Shown here: positions 23,871 to 35,845 of the stretch, piece by piece | Layout of the letters: each line of letters opens with the position of its first letter | How positions within the stretch are numbered: the stretch's first letter is position 1 | Assembly: GCF_963921235.1 (NCBI RefSeq) | Contig: NC_086101.1 | Coordinates: 28,954,001 to 29,018,000 of the forward strand | Direction: 5' to 3' | Source of the DNA: Mobula hypostoma | Taxonomy: Eukaryota | DNA length: 64,000 nt | Made by a program: the position numbers and the translations under genes | The notes under the pieces: model-generated | Told to the model about the DNA's origin: nothing | Seen by the model: only the letters and a program-made list of their open reading frames with translations | The model's database searches: none

Positions 23871-24744
23871 TGAAGGAAGAGTGAGTAAGGGATTTGAAAG
23901 TAGGAGGGGGAGGGGGAGATCCAAAATGATAGGAGAAGACAGGAGGGGGAAGGATAGAGTCAAGAGCTGGACAGGTGATAGGCAAAAGGCGATACGAGAG
24001 GATCATGGGACAGGAGGTCCGGGAAGAAAGACAAGTGTGGGGGGGACCCAGAGGATGGGCAAGAGGTATATTCAGAGGGACAGAGGGAGAAAAAGAGTGA
24101 GAGGAAGAATGTGTGCATAAAAATAAGTAACAGATGGGGTACGACGGGGAGGTGGGGCCTTAGCGGAAGTTAGAGAAGTCGATGTTCATGCCATCAGGTT
24201 GGAGGCTACCCAGACAGAATATAAGGTGTTGTTCCTCCAACCTGAGTGTGGCTTCATCTTTACAGTAGAGGAGGCCGTGGATAGACATGTCAGAATGGGA
24301 ATGGGATGTGGAATTAAAATGTGTGGCCACTGGGAGATCCTGCTTTCTCTGGAGGACAGAGCGTAGATGTTCAGCAAAGCGGTCTCCCAGTCTGCGTCGG
24401 GTCTCGCCAATATATAAAAGGCCACATCGGGAGCACCAGACGCAGTATATCACCCCAGCCGACTCACAGGTGAAGTGTTGCCTCACCTGGAAGGACTGTT
24501 TGGGGCCCTGAATGGTGGTAAGGGAGGAAGTGTAAGGGCATGTGTAGCACTTGTTCCGCTTACACGGATAAGTGCCAGGAGGGAGGTCAGTGGGGAGGGA
24601 TGGAGGGGACGAATGGACAAGGGAGTCGCGTAGGGAGCGATCCCTGCGGAATGCAGAGAGAGGGGGGGAGGGAAAGATGTGCTTAGTGGTGGGATCCCGT
24701 TGGAGGTGGCGGAAGTTGCGGAGAATAATATGTTGGACCCGGAT

Positions 24745-26865
24745 CCTCACGTTTGACCCCCTTCGCCCACATCTCAGTGAGTTCCGTGTTCGCCATGATG
24801 CGGAACTTTTCTTCCGCCGTCTCCATCTCCGAGCCTACTTCTTCGGCAAGGACTCTTCCACCCCCACCGATGACCCCTTCTCCCGTCTTCAACCCTCCTC
24901 TTCTTCGTGGACACCCCGCTCTGGCCTTCTGACTGTTCTGGATCTCTTTATCGCTAACTGCCGACGGGACATCAACAGTCTCGACTTCACCGCACCTTGT
25001 TCCCATTCCAACCTCACTCCTTCGGAACGCTCCGCTCTCCACTCCCTCCGCACGAATCCTAACCTTATAATTAAACCCGCCGATAAGGGGAGTGCTGTTG
25101 TAGTCTGGCGTACTGACCTCTACCTTGCCGAGGCACAGCGACAACTCGCGGATACCTCCTCTTATTTACCCCTCGATCGTGACCTCACTGAGGAGCACCA
25201 GGCCATTGTCTCCCACACAATCACCGACTTTATCCGCTCAGGGGATCTCCCATCCACTGCTATCAACCTTATAGTTCCCACACCCCGCACTTCCCGTTTC
25301 TACCTCCTACCCAAGATCCACAAACCTGCCTGTCCTGGCCGACCTATTGCCTCAGCTTGCTCCTGCCCCATCAAACTCGTTTCTGCATACCTCGACACGG
25401 TTTTATCACCCCTTGTCCAATCCTTTCCGACCTATGTTCGTGACACTTCTCACGCTCTTAAACTTTTCGATGATTTTAAGTTCCCTGGCCCCCACTGCTT
25501 TATTGTCAACATGGATGTCCAGTCCTTATATACTTCCATCCCCCATTAGGAAGGTCTCAAAGCTCTACGCTTCTTTTTGGATTCCAGATCTAATCAGCTC
25601 CCCTCTACCACCACTCTGCTCCGTCTAGCGGAATTAGTTCTTACTCTTAATAATTTCTCCTTTGGCTCCTCCCACCTCCTCCAAACTAAAGGTGTCGCTA
25701 TGGGCACCCGTATGGGTCCTAGCTATGCCTGCCTTTTTGTTGGGTTTGTGGAGCAATCTATGTTCCGTGCCTATTCTGGTATCTGTCTCCCACTTTTCTT
25801 TCGCTACATCGACGACTGCATTGGCGCTGCTTCCTGCACGCATGCAGAACTCGTTGACTTTATTAACTTTGCCTCCAACTTTCACCCTGCCCTCAAGTTT
25901 ACCTGGTCCATTTCCGACACCTCCCTCCCCTTTCTAGATCTTTCTGTCTCTGTCTCTGGAGACAGCTTATCCACTGATGTCTACTATAAGCCTACTGACT
26001 CTCACAGCTATCTGGACTATTCCTCTTCTCACCCTGTCTCTTGCAAAAACGCCATCCCCTTCTCACAATTCCTCGGTCTCCGCCGCATCTGCTCTCAGGA
26101 TGAGGCTTTTCATTCTAGGATGATGGAGATGTCTTCCTTTTTGAAAGAAAGGGGCTTCCCTTCCTCCACTATGCTCTTAAACGCATCTCCCCCATTTCAC
26201 GTACATCTGCTCTCACTCCATCCTCCCGCCACCCCACTGGGAACAGGGCTCCCCTGGTCCTCACCTACCACCCCACCAGCCTCCGCGTCCAACATATTAT
26301 TCTCCGTAACTTCCGCCACCTCCAATGGGATCCCACCACTAATCACATCTTTCCCTCTCCCCCTCTCTCTGCATTCCACAGGGATCGCTCCCTACTCAAC
26401 TCCCTTGTCCATTCGTCCCCTCCATCCCTCCCCACTGATCTCCCTCCTGGCACTTATCCATGTAAGCGGAACAAGTGCTACACATGCCCTTACACTTCCT
26501 TCCTTACCACCATTCAGGGCCCCAAACAGTCCTTCCAGGTGAGGCAACACTTCACCTGTGAGTCGACTGGGGTGATATACTGCGTCTGGTGCTCCCGGTG
26601 TGGCCTTTTATATATTGGCGAGACCCGACGCAGACTGGCAAAATGCTCTGCTGAACATCTACGCTCTGTCCGCCAGAGAAAGCAGGATCTCCCAGTAGCC
26701 ACACATTTTAATTCAACATCCCATTCCCATTCTGACATGTCTATCCACGGCTTCCTCTACTGTAAAGATGAAGCCACACTCAGGTTGGAGGAACAACACC
26801 TTATATTCCATCTGGGTACCCTCCAACCTGATGGCATGAACATCGACTTCTCTAACTTCCGCTAA
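24745..26865 (+). pseudogene. Penelope RT (YIDD) + GIY-YIG coding region, disrupted
   Basis: IIKPADKGSAVVV, LPKIHK..GRPI, QTKGVAMGTRMGPSYA, RYIDD; stop at ~25547 and frameshift near 26170; GIY-YIG at 26539-26865. Confidence 0.9.
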
Positions 26866-27162
26866 GGCCCCACCTCCCCCTCGTACCCCATCTGTTACTT
26901 ATTTTTATGCACACATTCTTCCTCTCACTCTCCTTTTTCTCCCTCTGTCCCTCTGAATATACCTCTTGCCCATCCTCTGGGTCCCCCCCCCCGCCTCCTT
27001 GTCTTTCTTCCCGGACCTCCTGTCCCATGATCCTCTCGTATCCCCGTTTGCCTATCACCTGTCCAGCTCTTGGCTCTATCCCTCCCCCTTCTGTCTTCTC
27101 CTATCATTTTGGATCTCCCCCTCCCCCTCCTACTTTCAAATCCCTTACTCGCTCTTCCTTCA

Positions 27163-27203
27163 GTTAGTCCTGACGAAGGGTGTCGGCCTGAAACGTTGAC
27201 TGC
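27163..27203 (+). ncRNA. Minimal hammerhead ribozyme motif (GUU cleavage triplet)
   Basis: GTTAGTC-CTGACGA-agggtgtcggcct-GAAACGTT-GACTG. Confidence 0.75.
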
Positions 27204-27539
27204 ACCTCTTCCTACAGATGCTGCCTGGCCTGCTGCGTTCACCAGCAACTTTGAAGCATATACAACAATTCATCTCATTGCGACAGAACACGCACCCCAG
27301 TACATTCGTCCCTGCTTTATTATTTCATACATTATTATTGCATTTTATTGAACATTGGTATGTTATTATGCTGTACGTTATTGTTAGTTAGTCTGCACAC
27401 TGCTGTGTGTTTTTAAATGCTGCTACTGTAATGAAAGATTTCCCCTCTTGGAATCAATAAAGTACTTATTATTATATAGACCTACTTTGCTAATTTCACA
27501 TGTATGTAAGGTAACGGAACAAATAGTTATCACAAGGCT

Positions 27540-28900
27540 TCCTATAGGCTGTATACCCATCTGGATTTCGTAAAAAGAATGATCATGGACTTGGTATTAA
27601 GTTTGGAATTTGATATTCTTAAGGCCCAAGTTAATAAAGAACCAGTGGCGGCAGTTTTCTTTGATTTAGAGAGAGCTTATTTGTTATGGACACAAGGGTT
27701 GCTGCTTAAACTGGAAAAGATGGGAATAAGTGGTAGATGTTTTAAATGATAAGGAGATACAAGTTAGGGTAGAAACACCTTTCTTTAAGGAGTATGAAAT
27801 AGAGAATGGGACCCCACTCCTTTTTATTATGATTAATGGTATCTTCTTAATTGTTGGCTCAGATATTTCCAGATCATTATATGCTGATGAAGGAATGCTG
27901 CAGTGTGGAAGAGGGCAAGGACATAAATTATATAGTTAGGAACATGCAGGCAGCTATTAATGAAATAGAAAAACTGGTGATGTCGGTGTGTGTTTAAATT
28001 TTCTCTTGGACAGTCTAAATTTTGTTTTACTGAAAGGAACATTACACCCACACATGATCTCAAGCTTTATATTACATCACTTAAACAAGAGATACTGGTG
28101 AAGCTTTATGTTTGTACTTGGTATGCAGACGGATACAAGGCTAACGTGGATAGTGCATGTGAATAAAATTCCAGAGAAATGTCGTTAATGTGCTCAGTTG
28201 CTTAGTTGGATGTGAGTAGGAGGTCACTTAAGTAAATGTATTTTGCTTTAATCTGTATTTGATTATGGATCTGTTGCCTCACCAGTGGTCTTAAAGACCC
28301 TAGATAGAGCTCAAGCTCAAGCATTTGGATTATGTTGTGGTACTATTAAATCTCCCAAATTCTACTATTACTGGGAGAAATGGGTGAAGTACCTTTTCAG
28401 TTGGGATAAAGGAATAAAACAACGGCTTTTATATAAAATTCAGAGGATGGTGGGAACTCAACTGGGAGATGGATATAAAAGGAGAGAAGTCTCACTTAAA
28501 CATTTACATAGTGGACATACCAAGTTGAATAATATGCATGATATTGGCATCTGCAGTGAGTGTATTTGTCAAGAAACAGTGCAGCATATATTGTTTGAAT
28601 GGAGCTCCTAAGAGGTGGAAAGGAAACTTCTCATTGCTAAATTGCGATCTATGGCACACAGGTAAACATGGAAAGTTTGTTAGGATACCACTGCCGTCTA
28701 ATGTGTTTAAGTGAGCATTGACTTTCATTGTGATGACCATCAGACTTTTTGATATTGATTGAGGTTTTCTTGGTGATGGTGTGTGTGTGGGGGGAGCGGG
28801 CGGGGTGATTTCGTGGATATAATTCCTGTCTCTTCACTCCACACCCCAACTCAGTAGGTGGCGGTAATGCACCTTATGTTGGCCTGCCTACTGCCGTTAA
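27540..28900 (+). mobile_element. Degenerate Nimb/I-group-like LINE
   Basis: VAAVFFDLERAY, LYADE, LDRAQAQAFGLCCGTIKSP, C..C...ETVQHILF; 3' end ggtggcggtaatgcacctta. Confidence 0.6.
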
Positions 28901-29631
28901 ACTTCACAGAGAAAAAAGATCTTTTGGAACCCGCGACAGATCTCAAACGCCAGTTGAACATTTTCAGTGATAATTTTATCCCGAACTTATAGACTCCAAA
29001 AATTCCCCAGTATCTTGGATTTCTTCTGTAGGACACATGAGTGCGATGCACCAGTTCTCCAGTCTAATGGGGGCACGTCTGGGATCTCTAGAAGATTAGG
29101 GGTGAGTTTCCAAAGCGCAACTCCAGACCTTTAAAACCATCACACACCCTCGCCTTACCTGTCTGGCTTCCCGCAACAGAGCAGAGAGACAATATGGTGA
29201 AAAGGAGCGATCCCGGTCCGTTCCAACTCTCCATTGCGGTGTCTCCTCACCTCAACAAATCTACTCGTTGGTCAATAAACTGCTGAGGGCGCAGATAAGA
29301 TTCACGGAGGCAGTTCGGGGATAAATAGTGCCTGCTACAAGGAGCAGCCAGTAAGAACTCCTGGAACTAAAAACCTTCCTGCAGAAATAACCAGCCCGCC
29401 GCTGCTCTGGAGTGTGGAGGGTGGGAGGCGGGGCGGTAGACAGCCGGCCAGGCACAGGATGTGCAGTGGAGGGTGCGGAGCCGAACCACTTCCAGTAAGG
29501 ATGAGGGCACGTGCAGACCGCGACAGAGAGGCGCAGGCAGCAACACCCAGTCACTGACACATATCTGGGCAGGTTTCCAGGACCCTCCCGGGAGATGTTC
29601 ACCACAAACCGTCTCAAGCCGCTGTATAAAA

Positions 29632-29712
29632 CAGGGGTTCCCAATCTTTTTTAATTCCATCGACCAATATAATTAAGCAAGGGGGCCATGGACCCCAGGC
29701 TGGGAATCCCTG
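29632..29712. mobile_element. 81-bp hAT-like MITE
   Basis: TIRs CAGGGGTTCCCA ... TGGGAATCCCTG; flanks gtataaaa/ctgtaaaa resemble a decayed 8-bp TSD. Confidence 0.6.
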
Positions 29713-31144
29713 CTGTAAAACAAAACTGATGCAAGAACTCAGCGGGTCAGGTAGCATCTATGGAGGGAAATGCACAGACGACGTTTTGGGTCAAAGTACT
29801 TCATCTAGACTGGAAGGGTGAAGGGCAGGTAGCCGGCTATGTGAAGAGCTGAGAGTAGAGATAAGATTCCAAAACGTCAACTGACCACTTCCCTCCACAC
29901 GAGATCCCCCAGAATTTTGGTTTCTGCTCTAAATTAAAGCGACTACTTATTCACGTGTCTCTGTGCACTCGATTCTCCGGATCTCGTCTCTTGCGCCCTC
30001 GCTCCTGGACAACTAGGATTACACTTTTGTACAATACACTGCCAGACGCCAGTGCGGACTTCCTTGCAAACTCATTGCTCCCCAAGCTGCACCTATCCCT
30101 CTCCCAACCCCCACTTCCTCACTTGCTTACACCCCACCCTGTCCCTTTCCTACGTGCGCGTTCTTCATTCGTGCACGCGCTCCCGTCCCGCCCAAGCGCT
30201 CTCTAACCCCGCACGCTTTCCCCAACCCTTCCCCACCCCGTCCGCTCTCCCACGTTCCTTCATGCATCCCTTCTCTCCCTCATACCCTGTCGACTACACT
30301 ATGTGCCCTCTCCTCCCTCTTGAGTTCCCCCACTCAGTTGGAGTCTGCGTGCGGTTCCACACTACAAGAAGGATGTGCGAAGAGTATAGAGGATGGAGAA
30401 GAGATGCATCCTAGAACGTTTGATTTATGAGAAGAGGCTGGAGAGGCTGGGTTTGTTCTCCCCGGGACAGAGGCTGTTTAGAGGGGTCCTGAAATTACAT
30501 TGAGTATAGATCGAGTACAAGACTCTACTCCTTGTGTCACAGGTATTTATAGAGGTAATCGACTTGGGTGATAGGGGACAGATTCAGATGAAAACCTTTT
30601 CATCCAGAGAACGGTGAGTATCTGGAACATATTGCCAGTTAGTTGTGGAAGCAGAATCATTGAAGTTGTGTCTGGACAAACACTTGAATCTCCCAGCTGT
30701 AGAAGACAAAGGAACAATTTGTTGGAAGATTAGTTTAATAAGGAAGGGTACTCCCTGGTTGACATGGACATGGTGGACTGAATGGCCTGTTTCATGCTGT
30801 ATGGCCATGACTTTCCCTCCCTGTGCTCTGCACTCCCCAGTGGGTTCTCCCTTCACCATCCTTAGGGTGTTCTTCCTCTTATTGCAGTCCCTTTCCCACA
30901 ACCCACCCTGCCACATTCTTCCCCCTTCCTCAGTGTGCCATACTTTCCAGGTTTCAACCACAACCGATATCCTGTCCTAAATTGGTAGAAGTTTGATCAG
31001 AATAGTATAGGCGGGGATGTCACAAAAGTAGATTGGCAGAAATTCTTGCAAGTTAAATGACACCTGACAAGTGAGGATACAGAGTACAGGAGAGATACAG
31101 AGAAAGGCAAGGTCGAAAACTCCAGTGAACAGGGGATATTAAAT

Positions 31145-31794
31145 GTTTGCCCCCCTGGCCAGCCTCTGGTTCGCTCAACTTGCTGTCGTCTAGGGAAGCA
31201 GCCCTCGGCCCCGTCAAACTCGCTAATTAAATTTGTGTGGTTGCTTGTGACGTACCCCACCCTGCCAAATAACAGACAATACACCATATACGATTAAATG
31301 AATTACAGTTTATAGATATTACTGGAACTATGTAATTAATAGAGATAAAATATAAAAGGAAAATAAAAGGTGCCACACTTATCAAAGTTCAGTCTCTTTG
31401 TGCACAACAGTTAGTGCTCTGGTAACGATCTTCTCTTCACCATTCGATCCCCTCTGACCACCTCCAACTGTTGCCTGGGACCAATGACAGTGGTCGATCA
31501 GAAGCACCGCATGAGTTTGTCTCCATCTCCTCTCCTCACCGAAGACCCTGGACCTCGGACTCCTGCTCGGGGTCCGACCCCGCTAACCGGCTCACAGCAC
31601 CTTGTCCATTCTCTCTCTCTCTCTATCGCGCCTTCTCCCCAAAATCCCATGCATCACAATAACTTACAGACACACTAGAAAAACCAACATCCATTCCAAT
31701 TGTTTCGTTTGCTCTCCCATCAATAACATAACCCAAACAAGCTGCTAGCGGGAGAACTTCCTCAGCAGTTAACATAATGGCCCTTGTGGCTACA
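31145..31794. mobile_element. Solo-LTR-like insert (~650 bp)
   Basis: TG...CA termini; related to 20888-21530. Confidence 0.5.
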
Positions 31795-33989
31795 GGGGTC
31801 ACGGGGTATGGAGGGAAGGCTGGGTTCTGAGTTGGATGATCAGCCATGATCATAATAAATGGCGGTGCAGGCTCGAAGGGCCGAATGGCCTACTCCTGCA
31901 CCTATTTTCTATGTTTCTATGTTTCTATAACAAAGAAGCCATTTCAATTAGCCTTTGCAGTAACATAAAAGAAGAAACCCCTTACACTTCTGTGACCCCA
32001 CAAGGTTCCCCCAAGTGCTTCACTTTTCTCTCCTCATTCTAAAGGCAAAACAGGGTAGGAGGTAAATTGGCTGCTGTAAATTGTCTCTAATGTGTGGGAA
32101 TTGGGGGAAATTATTGAAATGTGTGACAAACAAAATGGGATCAGTGTGGAATTTGAGCAAATGGGTGGTTGATAGCCAGCATAAACTTGGTGGGTCAAAG
32201 GGTCTAGTTCTGTGCCATATAAGTCTACGTCTGTGTGCAAGAAAACAACAGGGAGTTAACAGTCTAATTGTGCAAAAAGAACCAACTGATACAACTTAGC
32301 TGAATGCCTGTTTGAAAAGCAAAACGTCATCAAAGTTACACAGCACAGAAACAGGCTATCCAGCCCAGTGTCCACACTGCCTAACAAGCAACAAGTTTTA
32401 CTAGTCCTATATTTTTATTTCATTCTCCCCATGTTATCACAGTCTTCTGCTCAGATTCTGCCCATCACCCAGACACTAGCGGCAATTTACAGTTGACAAT
32501 TAATGCAGCTACCTGTGCATCATTGGGATGAGGGAGGAAATCAAACCACGCAGGAAGAATTCCAAGGGGTTAAGGGAGAACGAGCAAATCTGAATTATCT
32601 GGATTAGGTGCCTTGTGTAACTCAACTTCCTCTCCTCATTGTGCTTTGGTTGCAAAATCTGTGACCACATTGGTTTCTGTCAGATGTTCCCGTTTCCTTC
32701 CCCACCCAAGAAATGTCCCTTGTGTTCCTTGTTAGGTTAGCTAACAGTTGTAAGTTCCTCCCAGTGTGTGAGTGAGTATGAAAATCTGGAGGGAGGGGGA
32801 GGAGTCCATGAAAATGTGGACAGAGTGAAATGTAGGAAGTGGGTTGACACAGACTCAGCAGGCTGAAGGGCCAGTCTCTCTATGGCTAAGTGCTGTTACG
32901 AATTGAAATATGAAGAGATAGATTGGGGAAGACAGAACAGAGCTGAGAAATCAATGCCAAAAATTTTGAACATGCACAGATGGATCAGAATGCTTTTTGC
33001 CCCTTGATTGCAGGGAGATGATTGGTCTGGCTACATAGATTTGGGACTAATTCCATTGAAGGACATTTTCACCTGGTCTAATCCAAATTGATAATTAAAG
33101 GGAAGTACTATACTTCTGGAGTGATGGACTCCACCATTGGTGCAATGACACTGATTCACATTCAGAAGTGAATTATCTGAAAGACTATTGCTGAGAGAGT
33201 GATGCAGTGTCAAAGGTGCAGTGCCAGGGGAGCACTGTGGCATTGGTGAGCTGCACTGTTGTGCAGAGGGAGCAGTGCATGATCAAATACTTGGTAGTGG
33301 GGCAATGGTGTAGCATTGCATGTCTGCACCCTTCGGTTGGGAGGAGGATGCTGTGCTGAGAATGGGGTGCATTGTCAGAGATGGTATTAAGTGAATGCTG
33401 CATGATCAGAGAGCAGTTCAGCAATATTTCTACACTTGTGTTTCATGGAACAGTAGAGCACAGTACAGTCCCTTTAGCCCATTATGTTGTTTTGACCAAT
33501 AAAAATGTACTGCGTGATCAGTCTTAATCTTTCCTCCCAGCAGTGCATCAAACCCTTTATTTTTATTACATCCACGTGCCTATCTAAGAGACTTCTAAAT
33601 ATCCCTGTTGTATCAGTATCTACCACCACCCCCAGCAGGGTATTCCAAACACCCGCCATTCACTGTCAGAGAAACTACTTTTGACATCTCCCATAAACTT
33701 CCCTCCCTTCACCTTAAACTGATGTCTCCTGGTATTGGCCATTGCCACCTTGGGAAAAAGTTGCTGGAATTTCACTCTATTGGTGCCTCTCATACACCAT
33801 TATTAAGTCACCTCCCATCCTCCATAGAGAGTACAGATGCCTTGCCAGAGTCTTGGTATTGATGGAATTTTACGTGATCAGAGAGCAGTTCAGACGTTTT
33901 CCATACTGTCAAAGGTGTTGTGTTTCAGTTAAAACATTAGACCAATCCTCTTCTGCATCTCAGGTGTAGAAAATCCCACGATATGTTTT

Positions 33990-34200
33990 AAAGAGCAGGA
34001 GGGCTGTCACCACATTCAGGCCAATGTTCCCCTCAGCCCACGGCTAAGAAGTGTCTGGTAATTATTTGATTGCTCTGGGTGCGATCTTGCTGTTCACAGA
34101 TAAAATACCCCATTCCTACTTCACAACCTGGCTACATCCCAGCAGGAATTATGGATGGTAAAACACTTCCTGGACATCCTACGATAGTGAAAGGGTTAAA
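33990..34200 (+). mobile_element. Deu-domain SINE remnant (SacSINE1/AmnSINE1-like)
   Basis: gatcttgctgt..ttcctac..acaac..aaacact..ggacatcct..gtgaaagg follows the Deu-domain pattern as recalled. Confidence 0.5.
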
Positions 34201-35104
34201 GGCTTGGAGTAGTTGTATGTCTGAAAAGATCATCAAATGCAGAAATCACATGGATAATAAAAAAATTACTTGCAGCGCTTCATGTTCTTACTTCAAGTTT
34301 CAGAATAACCTGTGGGACTGAAGCACTCACTGAACCCAGACACTCCCTGGACCATATTCAGTACTGGGATCATGCATATTCCCCCAATAACTCTCCCCTA
34401 GGTGCCTCACAAACACAGGGAGGTAGCACTGAATAACACAGGGATGTCATGTCTGCTTCAAGCATTCCTGCAGTGAGGTGAGAGTACATTTTTTAGTCAC
34501 CTGAAGCTGGACAGAGATTTTCCCAAACTCTTGGGACTCCCCATACCTGTAGAGGTAATCAGCACAGTCAGGTCAGTCTCCAGTCCGCTCTTTCCCCTCC
34601 ATCACAGCCTGCGTTTCAGTCAGAACAAGGCAAAGGGCCAGAGCAGCAACTCTTGAAAACATCAGGTGAAGACAGACCCTTCTGCATATGGGGTTCTTTC
34701 CCCTGCATCAGGGTACAGAAACACTTTCTTCAGCCTACATAGCCTGTGCTGAGTATCCATCCCCATACACAATAATCCCATTTTACTCTCCTTCACACTT
34801 CTCTACTGCTCCCAGATTCCACTGCTCTCCTGCACACACCAGAGAAACTTTACAGTGACCAAGGTTTGAGATAGAGGAAGGAACTGGAACCTCTGAGCAG
34901 TCACAGGGACAATGTGAAAAAAATCAAACCGACAATTCTGGAGATCAGGATTGAGTCTGGATCACTGGAGTACTGAGGCATCATCCTCTGACGGCATTGA
35001 GGGAGAGAGGTAGATCATTAGAATGCAAGAAACCTCCTTTGGGGGACGCAAGAAGGAGAAAGAGGTCGCCACACACTTATTCATGAATCTATTTACAATT
35101 TTTT

Positions 35105-35649
35105 TATGATTCTCAGATATTTTCAACTCTAATCTCAAACTGAATTGCTCTGTTAGCCAGAGGCTTCTGTTCGTATTTTAAGCTAAATGTTAGACCCTCC
35201 CAATCTCCATTAAGGAAAGAATTACTTTTGGGTCTCCAGTGTCCACAGCATTCCCACTTCCAGTGAGGTACTTCCAATCACCCAGCAAAACTTTCTCTGC
35301 CTGACCCATGAACTTTCCTTGGCCACAGCCCTTCACAGCAATGGTCTGATATATGATATTGATGTTTCAGCTAAAGTTGAGGATAGCAATTCATCTCAGG
35401 TAAGACCTTGTGGATGAGATGCTCAGATTTCAACACACCACAACACTGAAACCTGAATTCCGAGTGAGATGTAAGAAAAAGTTAAAACTGGTAAAAAGGT
35501 GCATTGCAAAGCCGCAGAAGATTAAGCTAATCAGCTTCCATACTGATACAACACTAAGCTTACTGAAATACGTGGTCATTCATAACCAAACCAGGCTGAG
35601 GCTCCACCCTGTGTTCAGAGCTGTGCTTGAGTTCGGGCCAAACACTTAT
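35105..35649 (-). other. Paralogous 3' UTR exon (copy 2)
   Basis: Acceptor ctcatttttcctttgtAG at 35651-35650; alignable with 6275-6828. Confidence 0.6.
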
Positions 35650-35732
35650 CTACAAAGGAAAAATGAGAAGAGATTGGTTGTCCAGTACTGTGACAGAAAA
35701 TAGGATTAGATAATGGATCTGTGTTTACCCAC

Positions 35733-35845
35733 CTGTAGTAATGCCTTAGCTATCTCTAAGCTGCTCCTCTACATCACTCCAATAATTATTGCAAACATAG
35801 CTATGAACCACAGTATGGGACCTGCTCCATGGAGCTCACCGAGTC
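35733..35845 (-). CDS. Paralogous C-terminal exon, (G)LGELHGAGPILWFIAMFAIIIGVM*; GPI-signal-like; upstream exons not found
   Basis: Phase-1 acceptor gggcAG, stop TAG ending 35769, donor cag/GTGGGT at 35732; 113 nt, no indels versus copy 1. Confidence 0.72.

Larger units (their letters stand above)
23736..27254. mobile_element. Penelope-like element with inverted structure (minus arm 23736-24743, plus arm 24744-27254), 14-bp TSD
   Basis: TSD AGCATATACAACAA at 23722-23735 and 27255-27268; GIY-YIG on both arms; RT on the plus arm. Confidence 0.92.
23370..27460 (+). mobile_element. Rex1/Babar-like LINE 3' end, split by the Penelope insertion
   Basis: ..LQIFYQSVVAS..HPLH..RKSFLPNAISIYN resumes after 27254 (NSSHCD..) and runs to an AATAAA tail. 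Confidence 0.65.

Noticed and set aside
24572-25549. 325-aa ORF as a novel fusion protein
   Set aside because: Artefact of the Penelope inversion junction at 24743/24744; the N-terminus is antisense element sequence
29701-29711. GGGAATCCC NF-kB/enhancer-A-like site
   Set aside because: It is the TIR of the 81-bp hAT-like MITE
34570-34662. Minus-strand signal-peptide-like MFSRVAALALCLVLTETQA (beta2m-leader-like)
   Set aside because: No phase-1 donor, a stop 10 codons later, and no downstream Ig exon found
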